NCBI GenBank assembly: GCA_963743795.1
Contig: CAVUQZ010000004.1
Location: forward strand, 429,992 to 493,991
From: an uncultured Chloroflexia bacterium
GTDB lineage: Bacteria; Chloroflexota; Limnocylindria; Limnocylindrales; CSP1-4
Direction of reading: 5' to 3'
DNA: 64,000 nt
The notes beneath the pieces are model-generated. The model saw only the letters and a program-made list of their open reading frames with translations. It searched no databases and was not told where the DNA came from. Position 1 is the stretch's first letter, and the number at the start of each line of letters is the position of its first letter. Shown here one piece after another: positions 9,362 to 22,559 of this stretch. A program made the translations under genes and the position numbers.

Positions 9362-10819
9362 CTAATACGCCCTGGCGAACAGTACCCTCCGCTCCGATGA
9401 ACCTCCGTCCACGATGCACTCGCCCGCCTCGTCCGGAGAGTCGAACGGGATGCAGCGGATGGTGGCGCCGGTCTCGTCGCTGACCTGCTTCTCGCACCTG
9501 GCGTCGCCGCACCACGGCGCCAGGAAGAAGCCACCCTCGCCCTCCAGCCCGTCCTTGAGCTGCTGGTACGTATCCACGCGGTGGGTGTTCGACTCGCGGA
9601 AGTCGAGGGCGCGGGCGAACAGCTCGGCCTGATACGCCTTCAGGCGAGCCGGAAGCTCGGCCGCGAGGCGATCGAGCGGGACGGCCTCCTTCGATCGATC
9701 GACTCGCTTCACGAGCATGGCTTGTCCGGACGCCACGTCGCGCGGCCCTATCTCGAGCCTGAATGGCACGCCGCGCAGCTCCCAGTGGTTGTACTTGAAG
9801 CCGGGCGAGTCGTCGCGCCAGTCCACCTTCACTCGTACGGCCCGCCCTTCGGGCGTCTCGGCCAGCGCAGCCTGCAGCCGATCGATCGTCTCGGCGACCG
9901 TAGCCTTCTCCTCGTCCCTGCGGAAGATGGGGACGACGACCACCTGGACGGGCGCCACGTTCGGGGGCAGCACCAGGCCGGAATCGTCGCCGTGGGCCAT
10001 GACGGTGGCTCCGACCATTCGCGTGGAGAAACCCCACGACGTCCCGTACGGATTCTTGCGGACGTTGTCCCTGTCCAGGAACTCGATTCCGGCGGCTCTC
10101 GCGAAGTTCTGGCCGAGCATGTGGCTCGTGCCCGCCTGGAGCGCCTTGCGGTCGCGCATCATGGCTTCGACGCACCAGGTGAAGTCGGCGCCGGGGAACT
10201 TCTCCGCCTCGGTCTTCCGACCCTTGATCACAGGAATCGCGAGCCAATCCTCTGAGACGATGCGGTAGCACTCGAGGCCGGTCGCGACCTCCTCCGCGGC
10301 CTCGTCGCGGGTGGCGTGGAAGGTGTGGGCCTCCTGCCAGAGGAACTCGGCCGTGCGCAGGAACAGGCGCGTTCGAAGCTCCCAGCGGACGACGTTGTTC
10401 CATAGGTTCATCAGCAGCGGCAGGTCGCGATAGGACTGGATCCAGTCCTTCACGCTCTCGGCGATGATCGCCTCGCTGGTGGGCCGGATCGCCAGCCACT
10501 CGTCAAGGGCTTTACCGCCGGCATGGGTGACCCAGGCGACCTGCGGATTGAAGCCCGCCACGTGTTCGGCTTCCTTCTCCAGCAATGAGCGCGGCACGAA
10601 GAGCGGGAAATAGACGTTGCTGTGCCCCGTCGCCTTGATGTGGCGGTCCAGCTCGGCCTGCATGGACTCCCAGATGGCGTAGCCGTACGGGCGGATGATC
10701 ATGCACCCGCGTACAGGCGAGTAGTCCGCCAGCTCGCCCTTCAGGACGACGTCGTTGTACCAGTCCGGGAAGTTCTCGGACTGGCGGGTGATGCTTGTGA
10801 CGAAACCCTCCCTGGGCAC
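9362..10819 (-). CDS. proS: prolyl-tRNA synthetase (archaeal/eukaryote-like short form)
   Basis: GTG at 10817-10819 follows GGAGGAGG. 485 aa starting VPREGFVTSITRQSENFPDWYNDVVLKGELADYSPVRGCMIIRPYG and ending ...RVLFARAY, typical of this ProRS type. Confidence 0.9.
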   Translation of the reverse strand: MPREGFVTSITRQSENFPDWYNDVVLKGELADYSPVRGCMIIRPYGYAIWESMQAELDRHIKATGHSNVYFPLFVPRSLLEKEAEHVAGFNPQVAWVTHAGGKALDEWLAIRPTSEAIIAESVKDWIQSYRDLPLLMNLWNNVVRWELRTRLFLRTAEFLWQEAHTFHATRDEAAEEVATGLECYRIVSEDWLAIPVIKGRKTEAEKFPGADFTWCVEAMMRDRKALQAGTSHMLGQNFARAAGIEFLDRDNVRKNPYGTSWGFSTRMVGATVMAHGDDSGLVLPPNVAPVQVVVVPIFRRDEEKATVAETIDRLQAALAETPEGRAVRVKVDWRDDSPGFKYNHWELRGVPFRLEIGPRDVASGQAMLVKRVDRSKEAVPLDRLAAELPARLKAYQAELFARALDFRESNTHRVDTYQQLKDGLEGEGGFFLAPWCGDARCEKQVSDETGATIRCIPFDSPDEAGECIVDGGSSERRVLFARAY

Positions 10820-10976
10820 GAAATCCTCCTCCGATACGGACCGAGACGTGGGTGACTGCGCGCAATCGTACCGCCTGAGCACGCGTGCGCACCGCGGCCG
10901 GGCGAAAGGGTGCGGTGCACCGGGTCTATCCTTCGGCCGAGCGAAAGCCCGAACCGAGGCTGGAGGCGGTGCCGCC

Positions 10977-11648
10977 ATGGAAACCTGGCTGGACGACCTG
11001 CACGACGATCCCCTGCCGTGGCTGCTCGACGGGAGCGAACCGACCGTCCGGCATCTCGCCCTCAGGCATTTGCTCGATCGACCGGCCGACAATCCCGAGG
11101 TTCGCCGGGCTCGGGAGGAGGCCATGCTAATGACGCTTTGTGCCTGCTCGCTCCTCAAGACGGTCGAGCCAGGCCCGGGGCCTGGCCTGAGGAGGACGTC
11201 AGGATGGCTCTCAGTCAATTCGACCTGGCACAGTTGGCTGCGCTGCCCAGCCACCGACACCGAGGGCTTCCGTTGCCTCCGGCCACCCTCGCACGACGGC
11301 GCGCACGTCTGGGCACGCTGCCAGGCCATCGACGCGGAAGGCCATCGCTGCGTACTGCCGCCATCTCATCCCGGCGGCCACTGGCTGGCCTGGTTCGACC
11401 GGCCGACGGTCCCAGGCGAGACCCACACGGTTCGCTACGCGGGCACGCGCTCATCGACCGAAGCCCGGGCCAGCCTGGAGGAGCGAGTCTTCTCGGCGCA
11501 TGGCTGGTTGCCCGTCTCTCGAGGGTTCAGGCCAGGATTGCCGTGGCGCTGGTCACCTCTGTCGAGCTGGCTGGTGGGGATAGCTGCGCCCCGCGGGCAG
11601 CTGACCGTCGTGTACGAGTTCCGACCCGAGAACGATCTGGCGGAGTGA
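10977..11648 (+). CDS. hypothetical protein with a tandem Cys2-His2-like repeat (start uncertain)
   Basis: Frame-0 ORF from ATG 10977. Third-position G+C is high (about 80% by hand count) from about 11210 to the stop, which supports coding in this frame. It contains CPATDTEGFRCLRPPSHDGAH and CQAIDAEGHRCVLPPSHPGGH. An alternative start is ATG 11204 (GAGGAGG plus 8 nt), which is one frame off. Confidence 0.45.
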   Translation: METWLDDLHDDPLPWLLDGSEPTVRHLALRHLLDRPADNPEVRRAREEAMLMTLCACSLLKTVEPGPGPGLRRTSGWLSVNSTWHSWLRCPATDTEGFRCLRPPSHDGAHVWARCQAIDAEGHRCVLPPSHPGGHWLAWFDRPTVPGETHTVRYAGTRSSTEARASLEERVFSAHGWLPVSRGFRPGLPWRWSPLSSWLVGIAAPRGQLTVVYEFRPENDLAE

Positions 11649-11912
11649 AGCGGACCGTCCGCGCAGCCGCTCGGCCCTTCAGCGGCAACTGCGGCACGGC
11701 GTCGCACCTCACGCCAGCCCGCGGCTACAGCCGCCGCCATCGGCAAACAGGCAGCTCCCGGCGCCGGGCGCGGCGTTGCGGGCGGCCAACTGTCCCGCGC
11801 CTCGGCCGCCTCGACCGTCGCGCCAGGCGATCCCTGGTCGACCCCGTCCGCACGCCGCGCGTACCAAGAGTGTGCGGGCCGCTCGGTCTCGCATGAGGAA
11901 ACAGGAGATCGA

Positions 11913-12036
11913 ATGGCTACGTTCAAGAGTCGGCTGACCTGGGCCCGCGCCGCACCTCCTTTGGCTCGCCCTGATCGCGCTGCCCATCCTCGTGGCGGCC
12001 TGCAACAACGGCGGTGGCGGCGGCAACGGCTACTGA
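11913..12036 (+). CDS. very small lipoprotein (~40 aa), needs one +1 frameshift correction near 11943-11955
   Basis: AGGAG plus 5 nt plus ATG 11913 gives MATFKSRLTWARA. After a one-base shift it reads HLLWLALIALPILVAAC-NNGGGGGNGY-stop. That is a charged n-region, a hydrophobic core and the lipobox LVAAC. Confidence 0.5.
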
Positions 12037-12436
12037 GCCCGCTCGCTCGCCGCCTGCATAGGTCCGGAGCCACCCGCGTGAGCCGATTCAGGCCCGAGGT
12101 TGAGCTCAGCGCTGGCGGCGGCTGGCCGCGTGTTGCGCCCACGCACCGGTTGACAGCTACCAGGGGAGCGGCCCGGCCGGGCGCCGCACACATCCACCGG
12201 GTGACTGTTATCCGGCCGCGGCCCGCGCCTGACCATCTGGCCGCGGATCGCAGAGGTCCGACGCGCTCGATGCTGAGCACGATTTGGCCCTCCGTCGCAT
12301 TCCCGGGCCGCTCAGCGACGCGGCGACCGGCGATTGTAGTCACCCGGTGAATGGCTGAAACACGGAGCCGAGTGAAGGCCCGCCCCTCGCCAGGCAGAGT
12401 TCCACGCTGCCTCGGGCCCCCGGACGCCGCTCTCGG

Positions 12437-13684
12437 CTATCCCTCCGCGCGGTCCCCCGGCGAACGGAAGCGCAACTCGACGTAGGAGTCGAGGATCGCC
12501 TTGAACTCGTCGACGATGTGGTCGCCGCGAAGCGTGCGGTCCAGCGCGCCGTCGATGAAGACCGGCGCCACCGGCTCCTCGAAGGTGCCCGGCAGGCTGA
12601 TGCCGATGTCCGCGTGCTTGGATTCGCCCGGGCCGTTGACCACGCAGCCCATCACCGCCACGCGCAGATCCTCCACTCCGGGATGCCGTTCGCGCCAGAC
12701 GGGCATCTGCTCCCGCAAGTACGCCTGGACGTCGCGGGCAAGCTCCTGGAAGTAGGTGCTCGTGGTCCGTCCACAGCCGGGGCATGACGACACCTGGGGC
12801 ATGAACGACCGAAGGCCGAGCGACTGCAGGACCTGCTGCGCTACGGCTACCTCTTCGGTCCGATCGCCGTCCGGCTCGGGCGTTATGGAGACTCGGATCG
12901 TGTCGCCGATCCCCTCCGCAAGCAGCAAGGACAGTCCGGCCGACGAAGCGACGATCCCCTTCATCCCCATCCCCGCCTCCGTCAGGCCCAGGTGGAGGGC
13001 ATAGTCGCCGCGCGCCGCCAGCCTCCGGTAGACCTCGACGAGATCGCGAACTCCGGAGACCTTGGCCGAAAGGATGATTCGGTCGTGGGCCAGGCCGGTC
13101 GCCTCCGCCAGCTCGGCCGAGCGCATGGCGCTCTCGACGATCGCCTCGATCATCACCTCGCGAGAGTCCTTCGGGTCCGCCAGGCGCGCGTTGGCGTCCA
13201 TCAACTCGGCCAGGACGGCCTGATCCAGCGATCCCCAGTTGACCCCGATGCGGACCGGCTTGCCGTTGTCGATCGCTACTCGAACGATCGCCTCGAAGTG
13301 GTCGTCGTGGTGGCGGCCCGAACCCACGTTGCCGGGATTGATGCGGTACTTGTCCAGCGCCCTCGCCGTCTCGGGGAATTCGGTCAGCAGCTGGTGGCCG
13401 TTGTAGTGGAAGTCGCCGACGATCGGCACGGCGGCGCCCAGACCGCGAACCTTGCGCACGATCTCCGGAACGGCCGCGGCGGCGGCCTCGGTGTTGACGG
13501 TGATCCGGACGAGCTCCGACCCGGCGTGGGCGAGCTGGGCGACCTGGATCGCCGTCGCATCCGCATCGGCCGTGTCGGTGTTGGTCATCGACTGGACGAC
13601 GATCGGATGACCGCCGCCGACGACCACGCCCCCCACGTCCACGGCTGTCGAGGTTCGCCGCGCGCGGAAGGCCTCTCCGCCCAT
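12437..13684 (-). CDS. ispG: 4-hydroxy-3-methylbut-2-enyl diphosphate synthase
   Basis: 415 aa, [20 protein letters not shown], typical IspG/GcpE throughout. Confidence 0.92.
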   Translation of the reverse strand: MGGEAFRARRTSTAVDVGGVVVGGGHPIVVQSMTNTDTADADATAIQVAQLAHAGSELVRITVNTEAAAAAVPEIVRKVRGLGAAVPIVGDFHYNGHQLLTEFPETARALDKYRINPGNVGSGRHHDDHFEAIVRVAIDNGKPVRIGVNWGSLDQAVLAELMDANARLADPKDSREVMIEAIVESAMRSAELAEATGLAHDRIILSAKVSGVRDLVEVYRRLAARGDYALHLGLTEAGMGMKGIVASSAGLSLLLAEGIGDTIRVSITPEPDGDRTEEVAVAQQVLQSLGLRSFMPQVSSCPGCGRTTSTYFQELARDVQAYLREQMPVWRERHPGVEDLRVAVMGCVVNGPGESKHADIGISLPGTFEEPVAPVFIDGALDRTLRGDHIVDEFKAILDSYVELRFRSPGDRAEG

Positions 13685-13686
13685 GG

Positions 13687-14784
13687 CTACTGGCCGGCCC
13701 TGACTATGTCGAAGTAGCTGACCCAGACGATGAACGCCATCAGGAGCCCGAAGCCGATCACATTGGTGGCGATCTCGAGCGCGCCCACGCCGCTCTTGCC
13801 GAATAGCCGCTTGACGATCATGACCGCCACCTTGCCGCCGTCGAGCGGCGGGAACGGCAGGATATTGACCAGGGCGAGGTTGGCCGACAGGATCCCGGCG
13901 AGCATCAGCAGGAGCATCGGGGCGTCGTTCTGCGAGAGCAGATGGCCCACATCAGAGGCGATCCCGACCGGGCCCTGAACGCCCGAGGGACCCTGCGTGG
14001 GGTTGGTCGCGATCTGACTACCCACGTCACCCAACGCGACCAGGACCAGTCCGAGAGCCTTGTACGTGCCGTTGACGGCAGTCCCGATCGCGTCCACCGG
14101 ATTGCCCGGCGTGTAGGCGAAGGAGAAGCCCATCGAGACGCCGAGGGCTCCCTCGTGCTGGGCATCGGGGACTCGCAGATGGGCCTGGACCGTTCGCTGC
14201 TGGCCGGAGCTGTCCGCCAGCACCAGGGTCACCGTCTGTCCGGCATGCGCCAGGAGATAGGACCGCCAGGGGTCTATGGGATCGGCCCCGAAGTCCAGGA
14301 ATGAGCGGGTCTGACCGTCGATCGAGATCATCGTGTCGCCGGCGCGGATCCCGGCGGCCTGCGCAGGCGAATCGGCCACCACGGCGGCAACAGTGGGCTG
14401 GACCATCGGGTTGAAGATCCACGCCACGGCGAAGAGAAGGAGGACCGCGGCCACCAGGTTCATGAAGACGCCCGCGACCATGACGAGCAGCTGGCTCGGG
14501 AGCGGCGCGTTGCCCATGGACCTCGGGTCGTCCGAGTCGGACTCCTCGCCTTCGAGCCGGACGAAGCCGCCGATCGGCAGCCAGTTGAGCGTGTACTCGG
14601 TCTCGTGATCGTGGCCCAGCACCCTGGCCCGCGGTGGGAAGCCGATGCCGAACTCCAGGACCCGAATGCCGGTCAACCTGGCCACGATGAAGTGGCCCAG
14701 TTCATGAACGAGAACCAGCCCGACGAGTATCAGCAGAAGGACGGGGACCGCCCGACCCCAGAACAGAATGCCGTCGAGACTCAT
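13687..14784 (-). CDS. rseP: M50 site-2 protease (RseP/Rip1 family)
   Basis: 365 aa, HELGHF zinc motif in the first TM segment, a central PDZ-like segment, multiple TM helices. Confidence 0.88.
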   Translation of the reverse strand: MSLDGILFWGRAVPVLLLILVGLVLVHELGHFIVARLTGIRVLEFGIGFPPRARVLGHDHETEYTLNWLPIGGFVRLEGEESDSDDPRSMGNAPLPSQLLVMVAGVFMNLVAAVLLLFAVAWIFNPMVQPTVAAVVADSPAQAAGIRAGDTMISIDGQTRSFLDFGADPIDPWRSYLLAHAGQTVTLVLADSSGQQRTVQAHLRVPDAQHEGALGVSMGFSFAYTPGNPVDAIGTAVNGTYKALGLVLVALGDVGSQIATNPTQGPSGVQGPVGIASDVGHLLSQNDAPMLLLMLAGILSANLALVNILPFPPLDGGKVAVMIVKRLFGKSGVGALEIATNVIGFGLLMAFIVWVSYFDIVRAGQ

Positions 14785-16026
14785 CGGTAGACCTCGGCGA
14801 AGGCCCGAACTTCTGTATCCAGCGCCACAAGTTGCTCGAGGGAGGGATCTGCGGGCTCAGCCGTCCCGAACCGTTCGACGGCGGCGCCCAGCAGACGGGC
14901 GATGCCGTTGAAGTCGAGCCGGCCGCCCAGGAAGCGCGCCACGGCGACCTCGTCGGCGGAGATGAGGGCGGCGCTTGCCCGCGGGCCCGCGATGCCTGCC
15001 TCGCGGGCGATTCGCAGCGCGGGGAATCTATCCGGGTCCGGAGCGCGGAAATCCAGCCGGCCGGCGGCGATCAAGTCCACCGCGGCGGAGCGGCGACGCC
15101 CGCCGCTCCGGGTAGGTCAGCGCGTACTGGATAGGAAGTCGCATGTCCGGTGTCCCAAGCTGTGCCTTCAGTGAGCCGTCCACGAACTGCACAGCGGAGT
15201 GGACGACGCTTTGGGGATGGATGACGACGGAGATCGCCGCCAGAGGAACATCGTACAGCCAGCGCGCCTCGATGATCTCCAGGCCCTTGTTCGCCAGCGT
15301 TGCCGAGTCGATGGTGATCTTCGCGCCCATCGTCCAGGTCGGATGGCGAAGGGCCTGGTCCGGGGTGACTGTCGCGAGGTCCGCGACGGACGAATCCAGA
15401 AACGGCCCGCCGGACCCGGTAAGCAGCAATCGCTCGATCGCCGCGTAGTCTTCGCCAACCAGGCACTGCCAGATGGCGGAGTGCTCCGAGTCGATTGGGC
15501 GGAGCCAGCCGAGCGGGCTCGCGAGCGGATGATGTGCGTCTCCGGCCGCGGCGGCTGCTCGTGCGGCCAGTCGTCGGACCAGCGGCATCACCAGGTGACC
15601 GCCCGCCACGAGCGTCTCCTTGTTGGCGGTGGCCACGACCTTGCCGGCCTCCAGCGCCGCCAGGACGGAACGCAGGGCGACAAGGCCTCCCGTCGCCACG
15701 ACCACCAGATCCACGTCCGGACGCGTGGCGAGCTCTTGCAGTGCGTCCGGACCGGCGGCGAGCGCCGTGCCCGGGGGCAAGTCCAGGCCGGCAGCGGCCC
15801 GAGGGTCTGCCAGCGCCACGATCGCCGGTCGCAGGAGACGAGCCTGCTCCTCGAGCACCTGTGCCTGCGAACCGGTGGCCAGGGCCACGACCCGGAACGA
15901 ACCCGATAGCCCCAGCAGGACGTCGACCGTCTGCCGGCCGATCGACCCGCCCGACCCGAGGAGCGCGACACGAGTGACCCGATCGGCCTGGCCGGCTCTC
16001 CCCCGCTCCGCCGCCCCTGTCGTCAC
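14781..16026 (-). CDS. dxr: 1-deoxy-D-xylulose 5-phosphate reductoisomerase, one apparent +1 frameshift near 15085-15100
   Basis: ORF 15028..16026 (LLGSGGSIGRQT, NKETLV, PIDSEHSAIWQC) loses homology after YALTYPERR. ORF 14781..15080 (DLIAAGRLDFRAPDPDRFPALRIA...) supplies the C-terminus. Confidence 0.88.
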
Positions 16027-16923
16027 TCAGCGCACCAGTGCCACGACGAAGACGGCGGCCACCGGGGCCGCGAATATGAACGAGTCCACGCGATCGAGTA
16101 TGCCTCCGTGCCCCGGGATGAGTCCGCCGGAGTCCTTCGCGCCGGCGGCGCGCTTGAGCATCGATTCGGCCAGGTCGCCGGCCTGCGCCACGGCGCCCAC
16201 CAGCGGCCCGAGCACGAGCCCCATCGCCGGCGGCTGGCCGAGCTGCCAGAGCCCGGCCGCCGCAACCGCCGTGGCTGCCGCGAGCCCGCCTGCCAGGCCC
16301 CAGTAGCTCTTCGAGGGCGAGATGTGGGCCAGGAACTTGCGCTTTCCCAGGGCGATTCCGAGGAAGTAGGCGCCCGTGTCGAAGGCCCAGACCATGAGGA
16401 TGACCAGCAGGATCCAACCGCGCTCCGCCCCCAGCTGGTCGACGGGAGCCGAACCTGCGACGGGCCCAACGACCTGGTCGAGCTGAGCGACCGCGCCGAG
16501 CTGGCCACCTGGAGCCGACCCTGCGAACGGCGGCGCCACCTGGCCGACGCGAACGAGCGCCCCCAGCATCCCCACATACACGGCCGCGAAGGCCGTGCCA
16601 ATCCAGACGCCCAGTCCGACCCTGGTGTCCTTGTCGGCGAAGGCGGCTATCGCAGCCGCGATCAGTACGGCGGCCACGAGGAGATCCGCATACGGGCGCA
16701 TCTGCTCGGTGGCAGCGATGTCGAGGGCTACAGCGAGCGCTCCGGCAACGGCCAGAGCTGGCTGGGCCGCATATCCCGCGGCGCGCAGGAGCTTGACCGC
16801 TTCCCAGGCCGCGACCGCCACGAAGACCCCGATCAGCGCGGCGAACCAGGGCTCGCCGAGAGCCAGGACGATCAGCAGCGGCGGGACGAAGATCGCTGCG
16901 CTGAGGGCTCGCTGCCGGAGCAT
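16027..16923 (-). CDS. cdsA: phosphatidate cytidylyltransferase
   Basis: 298 aa polytopic protein with [25 protein letters not shown] and [12 protein letters not shown]. Confidence 0.9.
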   Translation of the reverse strand: MLRQRALSAAIFVPPLLIVLALGEPWFAALIGVFVAVAAWEAVKLLRAAGYAAQPALAVAGALAVALDIAATEQMRPYADLLVAAVLIAAAIAAFADKDTRVGLGVWIGTAFAAVYVGMLGALVRVGQVAPPFAGSAPGGQLGAVAQLDQVVGPVAGSAPVDQLGAERGWILLVILMVWAFDTGAYFLGIALGKRKFLAHISPSKSYWGLAGGLAAATAVAAAGLWQLGQPPAMGLVLGPLVGAVAQAGDLAESMLKRAAGAKDSGGLIPGHGGILDRVDSFIFAAPVAAVFVVALVR

Positions 16924-16933
16924 CGGCCGGCGC

Positions 16934-17749
16934 CTATCGACCGAAACGGCGCTGGCGGCTCGCGTACTCGACGAGCGCCGCGTCGAAGGCCTGGGGGCCG
17001 AAGTCCGGCCAGAGGATCGGGCTGAAGTAGAACTCCGCGTAGGCGGCCTGCCAGATCAGGAAGTTGGAGAGGCGCTCGTCGCCGCCGGTCCGGATCACCA
17101 TGTCCGGGTCCGGGAGGCCGGCCGTGTAGAGGGCGCCGGCCAACGCCGCCTCGTCGATCGCCTCCGGCCGCAACCCGCGGGCGACGAGCTTACGAGCCGC
17201 GTCGACGAGCTCGGTTCGACCGGAGTAGTTGAAGGCGATGTTGAGCTGCAGCCGCGTCCCGCCGGCCGTGGCGTCGAGCGCCTCCTGGATCGAGACCCGC
17301 GTCTCCGGTGGCAGCTCTTCCATCCGACCCAGCACCCGAACGCGTGCGCCCTGCTGTCGCAGCTCGTCGGTCTCGTTTCGAATGACCTTCTCGAGCAGCG
17401 TGAAGAGCCCGCCGACCTCCTCGTCCGAGCGGGCCCAGTTCTCGCGGCTGAAGGCGTAGAGCGACAGGACCTCGATGTTCCGCCGGACCGCGTGGCGGAT
17501 GATCTCGCGGATCGCTTCGACGCCGGCGGCGTGGCCGTCCATCTCGTTGAGGCCGCGACCCCGGGCCCAGCGCCGGTTGCCGTCCATGATGATCGCGACG
17601 TGACGGGGCAGCTCCTCTCGAGGGACCGAGAAAGCCTCGCCCGGCGCCTCTTCGGCAGGTTGCGGCAGATTCGATTGGCTCGGCCGGCCGCTCCGCCTCC
17701 CGGTGAACCAGCGCCGGGGCGTCCGTCGGGCGGGATATCCGGCGAGCCA

Positions 17750-17750
<1 letters not shown>
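16934..17750 (-). CDS. uppS: undecaprenyl diphosphate synthase; N-terminus probably in another frame (inferred +1 frameshift about 17640-17690)
   Basis: The track ORF starts at MDGNRRWA, but the conserved strand [15 protein letters not shown] extends upstream with no in-frame ATG, GTG or TTG. A GTG at 17748-17750 overlaps the frr stop and has a high-GC3 frame for about 25 codons, then needs a one-base shift to join. Confidence 0.75.
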
Positions 17751-19697
<1,947 letters not shown>

Positions 19698-19776
19698 GGT
19701 TCCTCTGTTCTCCTGTCGTGCGTCCGCCCGATCGGCCGTGCTCTCGGGCGCGCGAATCGGGCGAGTTGGTATCGGC

Positions 19777-20680
<904 letters not shown>

Positions 20681-20852
20681 GAACGAACCTCCTGCGGTTG
20701 TTTCCTCCGCAGCGCTCCTGTCGGGAACCGGGAGCCGTCTGGATCGGCCCGTCCGGCACCGCCCCGACACGGCGGCTCTGCGTGTGATCTCCGCTCCCAC
20801 CCACCTTTCGGCGGGCGAACCGGGTGCCGTCGCGACGCGACGACCGGCGCGG

Positions 20853-20863
20853 AGTGTAGCACA
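20853..20863 (-). promoter_or_regulatory. putative promoter upstream of rpsB (-16 TGTGC plus -10 TACACT)
   Basis: Minus strand TGTGCTACACTCCGCG about 170 nt upstream of the rpsB ATG. The core TGTGCTA recurs upstream of rplS and rpmB, and TACACTCC recurs upstream of ffh and rpmF. Confidence 0.4.
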
Positions 20864-20900
20864 GGGGCGACCCCGATCTCGGCCGCGGCGTCGCGGGTAC

Positions 20901-21322
20901 CTAACCGACGAGCGCGTTCCGGTAGAGCCTGACGGTCGACGCTGGCCCCGGCCCCGGCTCCACGACCGCCAGGTCCACCGCGATCGGCAGGCGCGGCAGC
21001 TCCGAACCGTCTGGCAGCGTGCCGGCCTCGAGCAGGCGGGCGATGCCGAGACGCAGCTGCGCGCGCTTGCGATAGTCGAACGTCTCCTCGGGCAGGCCGA
21101 AGTCGCGCGAGCGGCGCTAGCGCACCTCCACGACGACCAGCCGCGCCGGCGGACCCGGATCGACGGCGACGATGTCCAGCTCGCTGCGGCCGGCGTGGAC
21201 GTTCCGGCCAGGATCCGCCAGCCGCGCGCGTCCAAGCGCTCGGCCACCAGGCTTTCGGCCGCGTCGCCCAGCAGCTGCCGGCCCGTTCGCGCGCCAGCCG
21301 GTTCGTCCGCCATTCGACTCAT
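20901..21322 (-). pseudogene. yraN: YraN-family (UPF0102) endonuclease-like gene with one frameshift and one in-frame TAG
   Basis: [26 protein letters not shown], then a frame change near 21204-21209, then [29 protein letters not shown], then TAG (21117-21119), then [29 protein letters not shown] in the same frame. Confidence 0.7.
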
Positions 21323-21329
21323 CCGCCAA

Positions 21330-22194
21330 TCAGTGCGATCGGGCGTCAGTCGACGAGTTCGGCAACCTCGATCTCGTCGGCTCGTCCGGCTCGTCGATCT
21401 CGTCGTCCGCGTCCACGTCCGCTTCGGCGGCATCCTGCCACAGGGTCATTTGCTCGCGATCACGGCACGGCGCGAACGAGAGCCGGTGGATCGGGCAGAG
21501 GCCGAGCGCCTCCAGGCCGGCCCGATGCTCGGGCGCGGCGTAGCCCTTGTTGCCGGCCAGGTCGTAGCCCGGATAGACGGCGTCGTAGCTCCTCCATCAG
21601 GCGGTCGCGCGCCACCTTGGCGATGACCGACGCCGCCGCCACGGAGGCGCACAGCCGGTCCGCCGAGACGAGCACGCGCTGGTGGACGCGCACCTCCGGC
21701 AGCGACACGGCGTCGAGCAGCAGCGCGTCCGGCCGGATCGGGAGCCGGGCCGCGGCCAGGGTGCTGGCCAGCAGCGTGGCCTGGAGGATGTTGATCCGGT
21801 CGATCAGCTCTGGGCTCACGAAGGCGATCGACCAGGCCACGGCGTGCCGCCGGATCTCGACGTCGAGGCGGCGCCGCTCCTCGGGCTTGAGCAGCTTGGA
21901 GTCGCGCAGGCCGCGCGGCTGCCAGTCGGGCGGGAGGATGACCGCGGCCGCGGTCACGGGGCCGGCGAGACAGCCGCGGCCGACTTCGTCGATGCCCGGC
22001 CACGTGGCGGTAGCCGCGCGACCAGAGGATCCGCTCCTCGGCGAAGTCCGGGTCGAGCCGGGCCCTGTGCCAGGGCGCGATCTCGAGCCGGCCCGCAGCC
22101 GAGCCGGGCGCGAGAACCGTCGGACCCCGCCGCGCCTCGGAGGGCGACCGGTCGGGGTCCTCGATCGAACCGGCGGAGCGACGGGCGCCGGCAT
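21330..22194 (-). CDS. rnhB: ribonuclease HII, two apparent +1 frameshifts (about 21995-21999 and about 21584-21588); start uncertain
   Basis: Central frame: [41 protein letters not shown]. The N-terminal piece [17 protein letters not shown] and the C-terminal piece [28 protein letters not shown] are each one frame off. Confidence 0.85.
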
Positions 22195-22208
22195 GTCGCT
22201 CCAGCCCG

Positions 22209-22559
22209 CTAGCTGTTGGTGCGGCGCTCGCGCAGCGTCGCGGCCTTGCCGACGCGCTTGCGCAGGAAGTAGAGCTGCGCGCGGCGAGCCTGGCCGTGGC
22301 GGACGACTTCGATCTTGTCGATGCGCGGGCTGTTGACCTTGAAGGTCCGCTCCACGCCGACGCCGCTGGCGATGCGCCGGACGGTGATCGAGCGCTGGAT
22401 GCCGCCGGCCCGGAGGCGCATGACGGTCCCTTCGAAGACCTGGATGCGCTCGCGGTTGCCCTCGACGACCCGGGCCGAGACGCGCACGGTGTCGCCCGGG
22501 CTGAGCTCCGGAAGGTCGGTCCGGATCTGTTCCTGGGTGATCTCGTCGAGCACGTTCAC
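22209..22559 (-). CDS. rplS: 50S ribosomal protein L19
   Basis: 116 aa with [30 protein letters not shown] and [13 protein letters not shown]. Confidence 0.95.
   Translation of the reverse strand: MNVLDEITQEQIRTDLPELSPGDTVRVSARVVEGNRERIQVFEGTVMRLRAGGIQRSITVRRIASGVGVERTFKVNSPRIDKIEVVRHGQARRAQLYFLRKRVGKAATLRERRTNS

Noticed and set aside
7821-11329. The 892-aa (nusA) and 655-aa (proS) ORFs as given in the track. Also the 727-aa ORF 44661..46844, 408-aa ORF 37832..39058, 696-aa ORF 41473..43563 and 485-aa ORF 26665..28122.
   Set aside because: The 5-prime portions are Arg-rich read-through across upstream genes. Internal GTG or ATG codons with good SD sequences coincide with the conserved N-termini.
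12195-12349. 12-bp perfect inverted repeat CACCGGGTGACT / AGTCACCCGGTG flanking 131 bp (possible MITE or long hairpin)
   Set aside because: By rough estimate, one to a few 12-bp inverted matches within 200 bp are expected by chance in 64 kb of GC-rich DNA. The flanks extend the match only weakly, and I saw no target-site duplication or second copy.
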